From positions 20,228-84,227 of the forward strand of contig CAXNJO010000010.1 in NCBI GenBank assembly GCA_964202905.1: a DNA stretch of 64,000 nt, written 5' to 3'. This document shows positions 48,210-56,830 of the stretch, one piece after another. The stretch is from Polyangiales bacterium. GTDB taxonomy: Bacteria; Myxococcota_A; Polyangia; Polyangiales; JADJQN01. Each line of letters opens with the position of its first letter. The first letter of the stretch is position 1. The translations under genes and the position numbers were made by a program. Under the pieces are notes generated by a model. It searched no databases, was not told where the DNA came from, and was given only the letters and a program-made list of their open reading frames with translations.

Positions 48210-50201
48210 TCAACGCGCGGTGGACGTGCCCGCGAAATGGGCGGCGAGGAACCCCTCGACGCGATCGAGCGGGCCACGGAGCGCGACCGCGAGCGGCTCG
48301 AGGCGGAGCATCTCGGCGTCGAGGCGCTGCACGTGATCGGCGAGTTCCCGCTCGATGCGCTCGTCGTGCGCCTCGAGTTCGACGCGCAGCTGACCCAAGT
48401 TCTGCTGGAGTTCGTCGCAGCGCGCGCCCTCGGCGCGGAGGACCTCGTCGACCGCGGCGACCTCCCACAGCAACGCGTCCGTCGCGCCGGGACCGCTCGC
48501 CGGCGCGGGGCCCGTGGTCGTGCCAGGCCCGCTCGAGGCGGGGCTAGTCGAGGCGGAACCAGTCGCGGCGGGGCCAGTCGCGGCGGGGCCAGTCGAGGCG
48601 GAACCAGTCGAGGCGGAACCAGTCGCGGCGGCGAGCGAGCCGCGGAGGGCCTCACGCCGCGTGCCGAGGCGCTCGAGCTCGCCGCGCCGCTCGCTCAGCC
48701 GCCGCCCGAGGTCGTCGATGCGGCCGCCCCGCTCCGCGCGGAAGACGCGCGCCTGGTCCGCGAGTTCCTCGACGTCGCGTTGGCGGGACTCGGCGAGGTG
48801 TCCCCCCTCCTCGAGCGCCTCGAGCGTGCGCGCGGCGAGGGCCATCGCCTGCGCGACGACAGGGGGGGCGGGGCGCTCCGCCTCGACGTCGTCGAGCGCG
48901 GCGCGGAGCGCGTCGAAGCGCTGCCGCCAGCGGCGGAAGCCGAGGAGTCCATCGGTCGCGCGCATGGGAAGCGGCGCGTCGGCCGCGTCCGCCGGGGGCG
49001 CGGCGCCCAGCCAGCCCCCGCCTGCGAGGGGCACGCTCGGCGTGTCGAGGCCGTCGAGCGCGGGCGGCACGGGGATGGTGTGCCGGTTGTAGTCGCGCGC
49101 GGCGAGGCGCACCGCGCCCGGCGGGGTCGCGGTGCCCTGCGCGCCGGTGTCGAGCGTCGCGTCGGCCGCGTCTCCCGGGAAGGCGTGGCCGTCGGGCGCG
49201 GTCTCCGCATGGAGCGCGTCGCGCCGTGCCGAGGTCGGTACGCCCGAGGACGGGTCCTGCTCCGCGGCCTCGAGCCTGAGCCGGGCGCGCGTCGCGCCGA
49301 GCTCCGCGAGGAAATGGAAGGCGTCGCGGAAGCGCTCCTGGGGGCTCTTCCGGAGACAGCGCAGCACGAGATCCTCGACGGCGGACTCGACGCGCGGGAG
49401 GCGCTCTCGGGGCGGGATCGGCGCCTCGGTGACGTGCTTGACGAGCAGATCGCCGGGGTATTGGTAGTCGAACGGGAGCGCGCCCGTGACCATCTCGTAG
49501 AGGATGACGCCGAGGGAGTAGAGGTCCGCACGCCCGTCGATGTGGGTCGACTGGATGTACTCCGGCGCGATGTAGCCCGGCGTGCCGAAGATCTGCTGCG
49601 ACCCCGTGAGCGAGGGGGCGTCCATGATCTTCGCGATGCCGAAATCGAGCAGTTTCACGAAGTCCGCGCGGCCGCGCTTCTGGAGCAGCAGGATGTTCTC
49701 GGGCTTGAGGTCCCGGTGCACGATCCCCATCTGGTGGGCCCGGGCGAGCGCGCCCGCGATCTGCTCGGCGATGTCGAGCGCGCGGGCCGCCGGAAACGGA
49801 CCGGTGCCCATCGACTTGAGGAGCGTGTCGCCGGGGACGTACTCCATCACGAGATAGACCATGCCGTCGTCGGACTCGCCGAAGTCGGTGATCTCCACGA
49901 TGTTCTCGTGGTTGATGCGGTTGACCGCGCGCGCTTCGCGCACGAAGCGATCGCGCTGCACCGGGTCGAGCGCGAGGTCGCGCCGGAGCGTCTTGATCGC
50001 CATGAGGCGGTCGATCGTCACGTGCCGCGCGAGGTAGACGCTCGACATGCCGCCCGCGCCCAGGCGCGAGATGAGCCGATAACGGCCGCCCACGGTGCGG
50101 CCGATGAGCGGGTCGAGGACCTCGCGCGCCTCGGCGCCGTCCCTCGGACACCGCTCGACGTCGTCCGGGTACAGCTCAGAACAGCGCGGACAGACCTTCA
50201 T
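48210..50201 (-). CDS. Ser/Thr protein kinase with an N-terminal zinc ribbon and a C-terminal coiled-coil region
   Basis: ORF 48210..50513 was trimmed to ATG 50201-50199 (MKVCPRCSELYPDDVERCPRDG). Kinase motifs are GAGGMSSVY, HRDLKPENILL, DFGIAK and GTPGYIAPE. Confidence 0.93.
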   Translation of the reverse strand: MKVCPRCSELYPDDVERCPRDGAEAREVLDPLIGRTVGGRYRLISRLGAGGMSSVYLARHVTIDRLMAIKTLRRDLALDPVQRDRFVREARAVNRINHENIVEITDFGESDDGMVYLVMEYVPGDTLLKSMGTGPFPAARALDIAEQIAGALARAHQMGIVHRDLKPENILLLQKRGRADFVKLLDFGIAKIMDAPSLTGSQQIFGTPGYIAPEYIQSTHIDGRADLYSLGVILYEMVTGALPFDYQYPGDLLVKHVTEAPIPPRERLPRVESAVEDLVLRCLRKSPQERFRDAFHFLAELGATRARLRLEAAEQDPSSGVPTSARRDALHAETAPDGHAFPGDAADATLDTGAQGTATPPGAVRLAARDYNRHTIPVPPALDGLDTPSVPLAGGGWLGAAPPADAADAPLPMRATDGLLGFRRWRQRFDALRAALDDVEAERPAPPVVAQAMALAARTLEALEEGGHLAESRQRDVEELADQARVFRAERGGRIDDLGRRLSERRGELERLGTRREALRGSLAAATGSASTGSASTGPAATGPAATGSASTSPASSGPGTTTGPAPASGPGATDALLWEVAAVDEVLRAEGARCDELQQNLGQLRVELEAHDERIERELADHVQRLDAEMLRLEPLAVALRGPLDRVEGFLAAHFAGTSTAR
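48544..48633. repeat. Six tandem 15-nt units inside the kinase gene (pentapeptide TGSAS/TGPAA repeats)
   Basis: Units ccagtcgaggcggaa and ccagtcgcggcgggg alternate. They translate to ATGSASTGSASTGPAATGPAATGSAST. Confidence 0.8.
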
Positions 50202-50274
50202 CGGGGTCGAGAGATTAGCCCCCCGCAGCCCGCACAGGAAGCACAACCCGCGCGACGACGCGATCCGCGCGCGC

Positions 50275-50730
50275 TCAGGCGCCGGCGTCGCCGGCGTCAG
50301 GCTCCGACGACGCATCGACGTCACCCGGGGGGCCGGCGTCCTCGCCGAGATCGGGCGCCGCGCCGAGGTCGATCGCGCCCGCGTCCGGCGCCGCGGCGTC
50401 CTCGCCGAGATCGACGGAAATCGAGAGGTCGCTCGGATCGCCCGCGTCCTCCGGGCCCACGCCCTGATCGCCAGGGCCCGCGTCCGAGACGCCGAGGTCG
50501 CGCGGCCCGGCATCGACCGCGAGGCAGCTGACGGCGCACACGCCGCGATCGGTGAGGCTCGCGCTGCCCTTGCAGCAGAGGAGACCGGTCTCGCAGTCGC
50601 TGTCGAGCTGGCAGACGGCGCCCGCGGCGCCCTCGCACGAGGCGAGGCCGAGCAGGGCGAGGGCGGCGAGCGCCCACGCGTGGAAGGCCGGGAGGGAGCG
50701 CGGGCGGGGCATCGAGGAGTTCCGGGTCAT
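50275..50730 (-). CDS. Cys-rich acidic lipoprotein
   Basis: ATG 50730-50728 overlaps the stop of the FGE-domain gene (ATGA). The lipobox is ALLGLASC. The sequence continues CQLDSDCETGLLCC..GVCAVSC and ends in an Asp/Gly/Pro-rich tail. Confidence 0.55.
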   Translation of the reverse strand: MTRNSSMPRPRSLPAFHAWALAALALLGLASCEGAAGAVCQLDSDCETGLLCCKGSASLTDRGVCAVSCLAVDAGPRDLGVSDAGPGDQGVGPEDAGDPSDLSISVDLGEDAAAPDAGAIDLGAAPDLGEDAGPPGDVDASSEPDAGDAGA

Positions 50731-51644
50731 CGGGCGGGCGGACGATAGCCCCGGCTCCCGGGCGTGTCGATCCGCGCGCCGTCGCGCAGGTCGTATGCGC
50801 AACGGAAGCCGATGTCGGCCTCGCGCACCCCCTCGGGCGCGGCCGCGCGTGCGGCGCCACGGAGCGCGAACGGCAGCGTGCGGTACGAGCCGCCCCGCAC
50901 CACGCGCAGGGCCCCGCCCTCCGGCCCGCGGGGATCGACGCCCGGAGAGCGCGCGTAGTAGTCGGGGGCGAACCAGTCGGCGACCCACTCGGCCGCGTTG
51001 CCGGCGAGGTCGAGCACGCCCTCGTCGCTCGCGCCGTCCGGGTACGCGCCGACCGGCGCGAGCAGCGCGTACACGTCGCCCGACACGCGCGCGGCCGACG
51101 CGAGGCGCCCGACGTTCGCGAGGCGCGCATCCCACCCGTCGCCCCACGGGAACGCGCGGCGTGACGCCCGACCGCGCGCGGCGCGCTCCCACTCGGCCTC
51201 GGTGGGCAGGCGTCCCCCGACGAACGCGCAGTACGTGCGCGCCTCGGCGTGCGACACGCCGACGACCGGGAGCGCCGCGCCAGCGAGCCGCGGGTCGCCG
51301 TCCCCGAAGCGCGAGGGCACGCACGCGCCCGCGGCGACGCAGCGCACGTACGCGGCCTGCGTCACCTCCACGCGGTCGAGGCCGAACGCCGCGACGCGCA
51401 CCCGGTGCGCGGGCTGCTCCGCGGCGAAGAGCCCGTCCACGCAGCGCGCCGCGGCGCCCTGCCCGCCGAGCGTGCGCCGGCAGAGCCGCACGGCGTCGTC
51501 GACCTCGTCCGTCGTGCTGCCCATCCAGCGCTCGCCCGCGCCGATCCGCACGATCGCGGCGCGTCGGACGATGCGCGGTGTCGTCCCCGCCGCGAGGAGC
51601 GGACCGAGCACGAGCGCGAGCAGGACGACACGGAGACGGGACAC
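50727..51644 (-). CDS. Formylglycine-generating-enzyme (FGE-sulfatase/SUMF1) domain protein
   Basis: 305 aa. Matches are HRVRVAAFGLDRVEVTQAAY, RLPTEAEWERAARG, GNAAEWVADW, RGGSY and GFRCA. Confidence 0.8.
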   Translation of the reverse strand: MSRLRVVLLALVLGPLLAAGTTPRIVRRAAIVRIGAGERWMGSTTDEVDDAVRLCRRTLGGQGAAARCVDGLFAAEQPAHRVRVAAFGLDRVEVTQAAYVRCVAAGACVPSRFGDGDPRLAGAALPVVGVSHAEARTYCAFVGGRLPTEAEWERAARGRASRRAFPWGDGWDARLANVGRLASAARVSGDVYALLAPVGAYPDGASDEGVLDLAGNAAEWVADWFAPDYYARSPGVDPRGPEGGALRVVRGGSYRTLPFALRGAARAAAPEGVREADIGFRCAYDLRDGARIDTPGSRGYRPPAR

Positions 51645-51748
51645 GCAGCGCCGAGCCTAGCAACGCGCGCGACCGCGCACGCGGCCGCCGCGGTGCCACG
51701 CCGCGTCGATGCTGCACGGACCGGACGCGTCGAGGCGCTCAGGGGCGC

Positions 51749-52519
51749 TCAGCGGCGCACGTGGTGCCGCGCGAGCCACAGCCCCGCGCCGAGCGCGACG
51801 CACACGCCGAGCCCCTGCGACGTCGAGACGCCGTGCGCGACGCCGCGCACGACATCGCCGCGCAGCGGCTCGAGCCCGACGCGCAACACACCGTACAGCA
51901 GCGCGTAGCGCGCCAGCGCGTCCCCCGCGCGCGCCGGCTCGCGACCGCGCGCTCCCCACGCCGCGACGGCCGCGGCGACGAGCAACAGCGCGCCAGCCTC
52001 GTAGAGCGGCCATGCGTGGCGCGGCACCGCCGGATGCGCCCCGGGCGCGCGCGGGTCGGTGTAGGTGATCGCGAGCGGGCCGTCCCACGGCGCGCCAAAG
52101 CAACACCCGCCGAGCAGGCAGCCCACCCGCCCGATCGCGTGGCCGAGCGGCAGCGCGGGGGCCGCGCAGTCGGCGAGGGTCGTCACCGGCAGCCCGAGCG
52201 CGCGCGCCGCGAGCGCGAGCGACACGCCCCCGCCCAGCAGTCCGCCGAGGAAGACGCGCCCGCCGCGCTCGACGGCGACGAGCCAGTCCCCCGAGCGGAA
52301 CACCTCGACCGCGACGAAGAGCAGCCACGCCCCTGCGAGCGCGCCTGCGACGCCGAGCGCGAGCGCGGCCGTCACCCGCCCGACATCGAGCCCCGCGCGC
52401 ACCGCGCGCCGCACGAAGACCGCACCGCCGACGAGCAGCGCGAGCGCGAGGAGCACGCCGTACGCGCCGACCGGGCGCACGCCGCCGGGCACCGGAACCT
52501 CGAACAAGATCGGGTGCAC
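51749..52519 (-). CDS. lgt: Prolipoprotein diacylglyceryl transferase
   Basis: ORF 51749..52642 was trimmed to GTG 52519-52517 (VHPILFEV). The signature GHAIGRVGCLLGGCCFG is present. Confidence 0.88.
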   Translation of the reverse strand: MHPILFEVPVPGGVRPVGAYGVLLALALLVGGAVFVRRAVRAGLDVGRVTAALALGVAGALAGAWLLFVAVEVFRSGDWLVAVERGGRVFLGGLLGGGVSLALAARALGLPVTTLADCAAPALPLGHAIGRVGCLLGGCCFGAPWDGPLAITYTDPRAPGAHPAVPRHAWPLYEAGALLLVAAAVAAWGARGREPARAGDALARYALLYGVLRVGLEPLRGDVVRGVAHGVSTSQGLGVCVALGAGLWLARHHVRR

Positions 52520-52520
52520 G

Positions 52521-53084
52521 TCAGCGCGGCGCGGACGGGGGCGCAGGCGCGGGGGGCGCGATCGGCGGGGGCGGGAACGCGGGCGGCGGCGGCCCCCCCG
52601 TCGGCCCATCCGCGGCAGGCGGCGCAGCGGCAGGCGGCGCATCGGGGCTGGGCGGTGCGTCCGGCGCAGGCGGCGCAGCGGGGAGCGGCGGCAGGAGACC
52701 GACGCCGCCGTCGCCGCGCACGAGCCAGGGCGGCGGCCGCCCGCTGCCGACGCTCCAGGAGACCCCGCCGTCGCCGCGGTGCCGTGGGCCCGCGACCATG
52801 CCCGCCGTGCAGAGCGCGTTGCAGAGCCCGCACGTGAGGGCGAACACCAACCCCAGCAAGAAGGCGACGATCGAGGTGATCAGGCCCGCGAGGCCCGCGC
52901 CGCCCGTCCCGCCCTCCTGCTTCGAGCGCGACATCGCGAGGCCGCCGAGCACGGCGCCGGCGAGCGCGACGACGGGCGCACCGAACGAGAGCACGCTCCC
53001 GACGCCGGGCAGCCACGTCAGCACGATGCCGCCGAACATCATCAGCAGCGCGAGCACCCCGAGCACGATCGAGCCGACGCCCAT
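52521..53084 (-). CDS. Small membrane protein with a Pro-rich C-terminal tail
   Basis: 187 aa with 3-4 TM helices (IVLGVLALLMMFGGIVLTWL..). The tail reads PPLPAAPPAPDAPPSPDAPPAAAPPAADGP. Confidence 0.5.
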   Translation of the reverse strand: MGVGSIVLGVLALLMMFGGIVLTWLPGVGSVLSFGAPVVALAGAVLGGLAMSRSKQEGGTGGAGLAGLITSIVAFLLGLVFALTCGLCNALCTAGMVAGPRHRGDGGVSWSVGSGRPPPWLVRGDGGVGLLPPLPAAPPAPDAPPSPDAPPAAAPPAADGPTGGPPPPAFPPPPIAPPAPAPPSAPR

Positions 53085-53157
53085 CGGCCGCAGCGTCCCA
53101 CCCGCGCCGAGCGCGTCAAGAGGCGCGGTCCGCCGCGCCTGCTACGCTCGCGCCCCC

Positions 53158-54375
53158 ATGCCGACGCCCCCCGCCGAGAGAGGTCGCCGAGCGCGCCCCA
53201 CCAAGCCGAGCGACGAGCCGCTGCGCGGAGGCCGCTGCGCCATCGTCGGTCGCCCGAACGTCGGCAAGTCGACGCTGCTCAACACGCTGCTCGGGCAGAA
53301 ACTCGCCATCGTCGCGAGCAAGCCGCAGACGACGCGCACGCACATCCTCGGCGTGTACCTCTCGGAAGACCCGCCGACGCAGCTCGCGCTCCTCGACACG
53401 CCGGGGCTGCACCGCCCGAAGAACGCGCTCGGCCGCGCGCTCGTCGAGTCCGCGAAGGGCGCGCTCGACGGCGCGGACGTCGTGCTGATGTTGGTCGAGG
53501 TCCCCGCCCGCTTCGAGTCGGGCACGCCCGCGGCCCCGAGCCCCGCGGACCTCGAGGTGCTCGCCACCGTGAAGGCCGCCGGCCGCCCGACGGTGTTGGC
53601 GATCAACAAGATCGACCGCCTCCCCCGCAAGGAAGCGCTCTTCCCATTGCTGGAGCTCTGGGCGACGCAGCACGACTTCGCGGCGCTCGTGCCGATCTCG
53701 GCGCGGAGCGGGGACAACCTCGAGGCGCTCGTGAAGGTGCTGCGCCCGCACCTGCCGGAGGGCAGGCTCTACGAGGACGACGACTTCGTCACCGACCGGC
53801 CGGAGCGCTTCTTCGTCGCCGAGCTCGTGCGGGAGCAGGTCATCCAGAAGACCCGGCAGGAGGTCCCGCACTCGGTGGCGGTGCTCATCGAGGGCTTCTC
53901 CGACGAGGGCAGCCTCGTGCGGATCGACGCGACCGTCATCGTCGAGAAGGACTCGCAGAAGAAGATCGTGATCGGCGCGGGCGGCTCGATGCTGAAGGCG
54001 ATCGGCACGGGCGCGCGCATCGGGATCGAGCGGATGCTCGGCAAGCAGGTGATGCTGCGGCTCTGGGTGAAGGTCGTCGCCGGCTGGACGGACGTCGAGT
54101 CGCGCGTGCGCGATGTGCTCCGCAGCGACGCCGTCTCGGGCTCGGCGACGCGGGCCGAGAAGACGCGCGGCGAGAAGCCCCGCGCGAAGAACCCGCCCCC
54201 GCGCGGCGAGAAGACCCGCGCGAAGAACCCGCCTCCGCGCGGCGACGAGACGCACCCCGAGAAACCAGCCACGCGCGGCGAGCCGACGCGCACGAAGACT
54301 CCCCCTGCGCGCGGAGACAAGACGCGCCCCGAGAACCCAGCCACGCGCGGCGCACGCGCCGGAAGGCCGTCGTGA
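53158..54375 (+). CDS. era: GTPase Era with an unusual roughly 80-aa repeat-containing C-terminal extension
   Basis: ORF 52798..54375 was trimmed to ATG 53158. Motifs are G1 GRPNVGKST, DTPG and NKID, with the KH-domain end at ..LWVKVVAGWT. The extension continues with RGEKPRAKNPPP-type repeats. Confidence 0.9.
   Translation: MPTPPAERGRRARPTKPSDEPLRGGRCAIVGRPNVGKSTLLNTLLGQKLAIVASKPQTTRTHILGVYLSEDPPTQLALLDTPGLHRPKNALGRALVESAKGALDGADVVLMLVEVPARFESGTPAAPSPADLEVLATVKAAGRPTVLAINKIDRLPRKEALFPLLELWATQHDFAALVPISARSGDNLEALVKVLRPHLPEGRLYEDDDFVTDRPERFFVAELVREQVIQKTRQEVPHSVAVLIEGFSDEGSLVRIDATVIVEKDSQKKIVIGAGGSMLKAIGTGARIGIERMLGKQVMLRLWVKVVAGWTDVESRVRDVLRSDAVSGSATRAEKTRGEKPRAKNPPPRGEKTRAKNPPPRGDETHPEKPATRGEPTRTKTPPARGDKTRPENPATRGARAGRPS
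54166..54345 (+). repeat. Five tandem 36-nt (12-aa) repeats encoding the Era tail
   Basis: The units are RGEKPRAKNPPP, RGEKTRAKNPPP, RGDETHPEKPAT, RGEPTRTKTPPA and RGDKTRPENPAT. Confidence 0.8.
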
Positions 54376-55889
54376 CCCGCAAGCGCCATCGTCGTACGGA
54401 AGAGCAGGAAGCCGCACTCACGGCGGTCGAGCAGGAGGCTGCGCTCGCCGCGGGCACCGAGCCCACGGAGGCCCCGGACCCGCGCAGCGTCGCGCGGGCC
54501 TCCCGCGGGCAGCGTCGCCGCACGCTCGGGCCGCTGCCGGCGGGCGCGGTGTTCGCGCGGCCCCTCGTCGCGATCGTGGGTCGCCCCAACGTCGGCAAGA
54601 GCACCCTCTTCAACCGCCTCGCGGGGCGGCGGCTCGCGATCGTCGAGGACACGCCGGGCGTCACGCGCGACCGGCACTACGCCGACACGCTCATGTACGG
54701 ACGCGAAATCGTCCTCGTCGACACGGGTGGCTTCGACCCCGAGAGCGACGACCCGATGATGGGCAGCATCGCGCGGCAGGTGCGGCTCGCGCTCGCCGAG
54801 TGCGATCTCGTCGTGTGCGTGCTCGACGCCTCGGTCGAGCCGCAGACCGCGGATCGCGAGGCCGTGCGGCTGCTCCGCGAGAGCCGCAAGCCCGTGATCT
54901 TCGTCGCGAACAAGAGCGACACGCCGCGCCTCGCGCTCGAGGCGAACAGCTACTACCGCCTCGGCGTCGAGACGCTCATCCCCGTCTCGGCGCTGCACGG
55001 CCACGGCACCGGCGACCTCGAGCAGGCCGTGCTCGACGCGCTGCCGCCCGCCGAGGCGCTCGCCACGCTGCCGCGCCTCGACGGCGTCGCGCGCGTCGCG
55101 ATCACGGGCAAGCCCAACGCCGGCAAGTCGTCCCTCGTCAACCGGCTGCTCGGGCAGGAGCGCCAGATCGTCGACGACCGCCCCGGCACGACGGTCGACG
55201 CCGTCGACGCGCTCCTCGAGCGCGACGGCCGCCGCCTGGTGCTCATCGACACCGCCGGGATCCGCCGCAAGAGCCACGTCGACGAGAGCGTCGAATCGCT
55301 CGCGGTGCTGCAGGCGATCCGCTCGATGGAGCGCAGCGACCTCGTCGTGCTGCTGCTCGACGCGAGCGTCGGCGTCGCCGAGCAGGACGCGAAGATCATC
55401 GGCCTCGCCGAAGACCGCGGCCGCGCGATCGTGATCGCGCTCAACAAGTGCGACCTCCTCGACGACGCCGCGCAGCGCCAGGCCACGACGCGCGCCCGCG
55501 ACGTGCTCGCCTTCGTGCCGTGGGCCCCGCTGCTGCGGATCAGCGCGCGCTCGGGGCGCGGCGTGAAGAAATTCCTCACCGCGATCGAGGCCGCCGTCGA
55601 GGCGCACGGCAAGCGCATCACGACCGCGCAGCTGAACCGCTTCTTCGAGGAGGTGCTCGACCGGCACCCGCCCCCGGTCCATCGCGGCAAGCCCGTGCGG
55701 CTCTACTACGTCACGCAGACGCAGGTCTCGCCGCCGACGTTCACGATCATCGCGAACTACCCGGACGCGGTGCACTTCTCGTATCAGCGCTACGTCGTGA
55801 ACCAGATCCGCGCGGCGTTCGGCTTCGAGGGCACCCCGGTGCGCGTGTTCTACAAGCCGCGGCGTCGGCGCGAGGGCAGCCAGGGCTGA
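54372..55889 (+). CDS. der: Ribosome-associated GTPase Der (EngA)
   Basis: GTG 54372 overlaps the era stop (GTGA). There are two GTPase domains (GRPNVGKSTLFN, GKPNAGKSSLVN) and a KH-like C-terminus (VRLYYVTQTQVSPPTF). The upstream 2.3 kb of ORF 52065..55889 is a shadow ORF. Confidence 0.93.
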   Translation: MTRKRHRRTEEQEAALTAVEQEAALAAGTEPTEAPDPRSVARASRGQRRRTLGPLPAGAVFARPLVAIVGRPNVGKSTLFNRLAGRRLAIVEDTPGVTRDRHYADTLMYGREIVLVDTGGFDPESDDPMMGSIARQVRLALAECDLVVCVLDASVEPQTADREAVRLLRESRKPVIFVANKSDTPRLALEANSYYRLGVETLIPVSALHGHGTGDLEQAVLDALPPAEALATLPRLDGVARVAITGKPNAGKSSLVNRLLGQERQIVDDRPGTTVDAVDALLERDGRRLVLIDTAGIRRKSHVDESVESLAVLQAIRSMERSDLVVLLLDASVGVAEQDAKIIGLAEDRGRAIVIALNKCDLLDDAAQRQATTRARDVLAFVPWAPLLRISARSGRGVKKFLTAIEAAVEAHGKRITTAQLNRFFEEVLDRHPPPVHRGKPVRLYYVTQTQVSPPTFTIIANYPDAVHFSYQRYVVNQIRAAFGFEGTPVRVFYKPRRRREGSQG

Positions 55890-55901
55890 ACCGTCATTCA
55901 G
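55886..55901. other. Copy of the recurrent palindrome CTGAAC-CGTC-ATTCAG, overlapping the der stop codon
   Basis: Read directly from the sequence, in a 3'-3' intergenic region. Its reverse complement differs from the 44139 copy by one base. Confidence 0.5.
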
Positions 55902-55947
55902 CGCGCGGCGCACACGGCGCGGCGCGTGTCCGGGGCGGTCGCGCCGA

Positions 55948-56799
55948 TCAGAGCGTCTGGCCGCTTGCCCCGGTGGGCGGCGCGGGCGGGAGTACAAACG
56001 GTGCCGGCGCGGGCGGCGCGAAGGGAGCGGGCACGGCCGCAGGCGGCGACACGGCCGGCGGGCGCGCGGGCGCTTGCGCGAGCAGCCGGTCGATCGCCCC
56101 GCGGTCGAAGCCGAGCAGGAGCCGGCCACGCACGTCGATCACGGGGATGCCCGTCGGGCGGAGACCCTGCGCGGCCGCCTTCTGCATCATCTCCTGCTGC
56201 GCGCCCGGGTCGCGCTCGACGTCCTTCTCGACGAAGGGGACGCCGCGCGAGCGCAGGTACGCCTCGGCCTGACGGCACGCGCCGCACCACGAGGCGCCGT
56301 AGACGACGACGTCGGCGCTCGCGTCCCCCGTCTGCGCGGCCGTGGCCGCTGCGGCGCCGCGGGCGTCCGCGAGCAGCGCTTCGAAGGACGCGCGGGCCAC
56401 GCGACGCACCACGTAGCTGCCGTCCGCGCCGGGCGCCCGCAGGTCCGCGAGGTAGACCCACGCAGGGTCGAGGCGCGCCTCGGGCGCGACCGCGAGCGAT
56501 TCGACGCGCACGTACTGACGATGCGCGTCGGGCACGTCGGCGCGGCGCGGCGCGGGGTGCGGGCCCTCCTCATCGAACCAGACGAGCAGCAAGCCCTCGA
56601 GATCGCCGCGCACCGCGAAGGGCGGACGCACGACCGCGGCCTCGGACACCGCGGCCGCGGGGGCGTCGGCGCCCGGCACGTCGCCGCCCTCCGTGGATGC
56701 CCCGCCGCCGCACGCGGGCGAGGCGGCGAGGGACGCGGCGACGAGCAGCCGGACGACGGCAGGGAACCAGCGAGCGACGAGGCGGCGACTGCAGAGCAC
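55948..56799 (-). CDS. Glutaredoxin/NrdH-like thioredoxin-fold lipoprotein
   Basis: ORF 55948..57084 was trimmed to GTG 56799-56797 behind a GGAGG Shine-Dalgarno. A signal peptide with Cys is present (LLVAASLAASPACGGG). The active site reads VVVYGASWCGACRQAEAYL..GIPVIDV. The tail is Pro-rich. Confidence 0.7.
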   Translation of the reverse strand: MLCSRRLVARWFPAVVRLLVAASLAASPACGGGASTEGGDVPGADAPAAAVSEAAVVRPPFAVRGDLEGLLLVWFDEEGPHPAPRRADVPDAHRQYVRVESLAVAPEARLDPAWVYLADLRAPGADGSYVVRRVARASFEALLADARGAAAATAAQTGDASADVVVYGASWCGACRQAEAYLRSRGVPFVEKDVERDPGAQQEMMQKAAAQGLRPTGIPVIDVRGRLLLGFDRGAIDRLLAQAPARPPAVSPPAAVPAPFAPPAPAPFVLPPAPPTGASGQTL

Positions 56800-56830
56800 G
56801 GGCGACCTCCGGGCCGGCAGGATGGCCCCG

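Noticed and set aside
48544-54345. Tandem repeats (15-nt units in the kinase, 36-nt units in era, 18-nt units at 18251 and 47045) as possible CRISPR arrays
   Set aside because: The units abut directly with no unique spacers and are much shorter than CRISPR repeats. Two of the sets are in-frame coding repeats. No cas genes are present.
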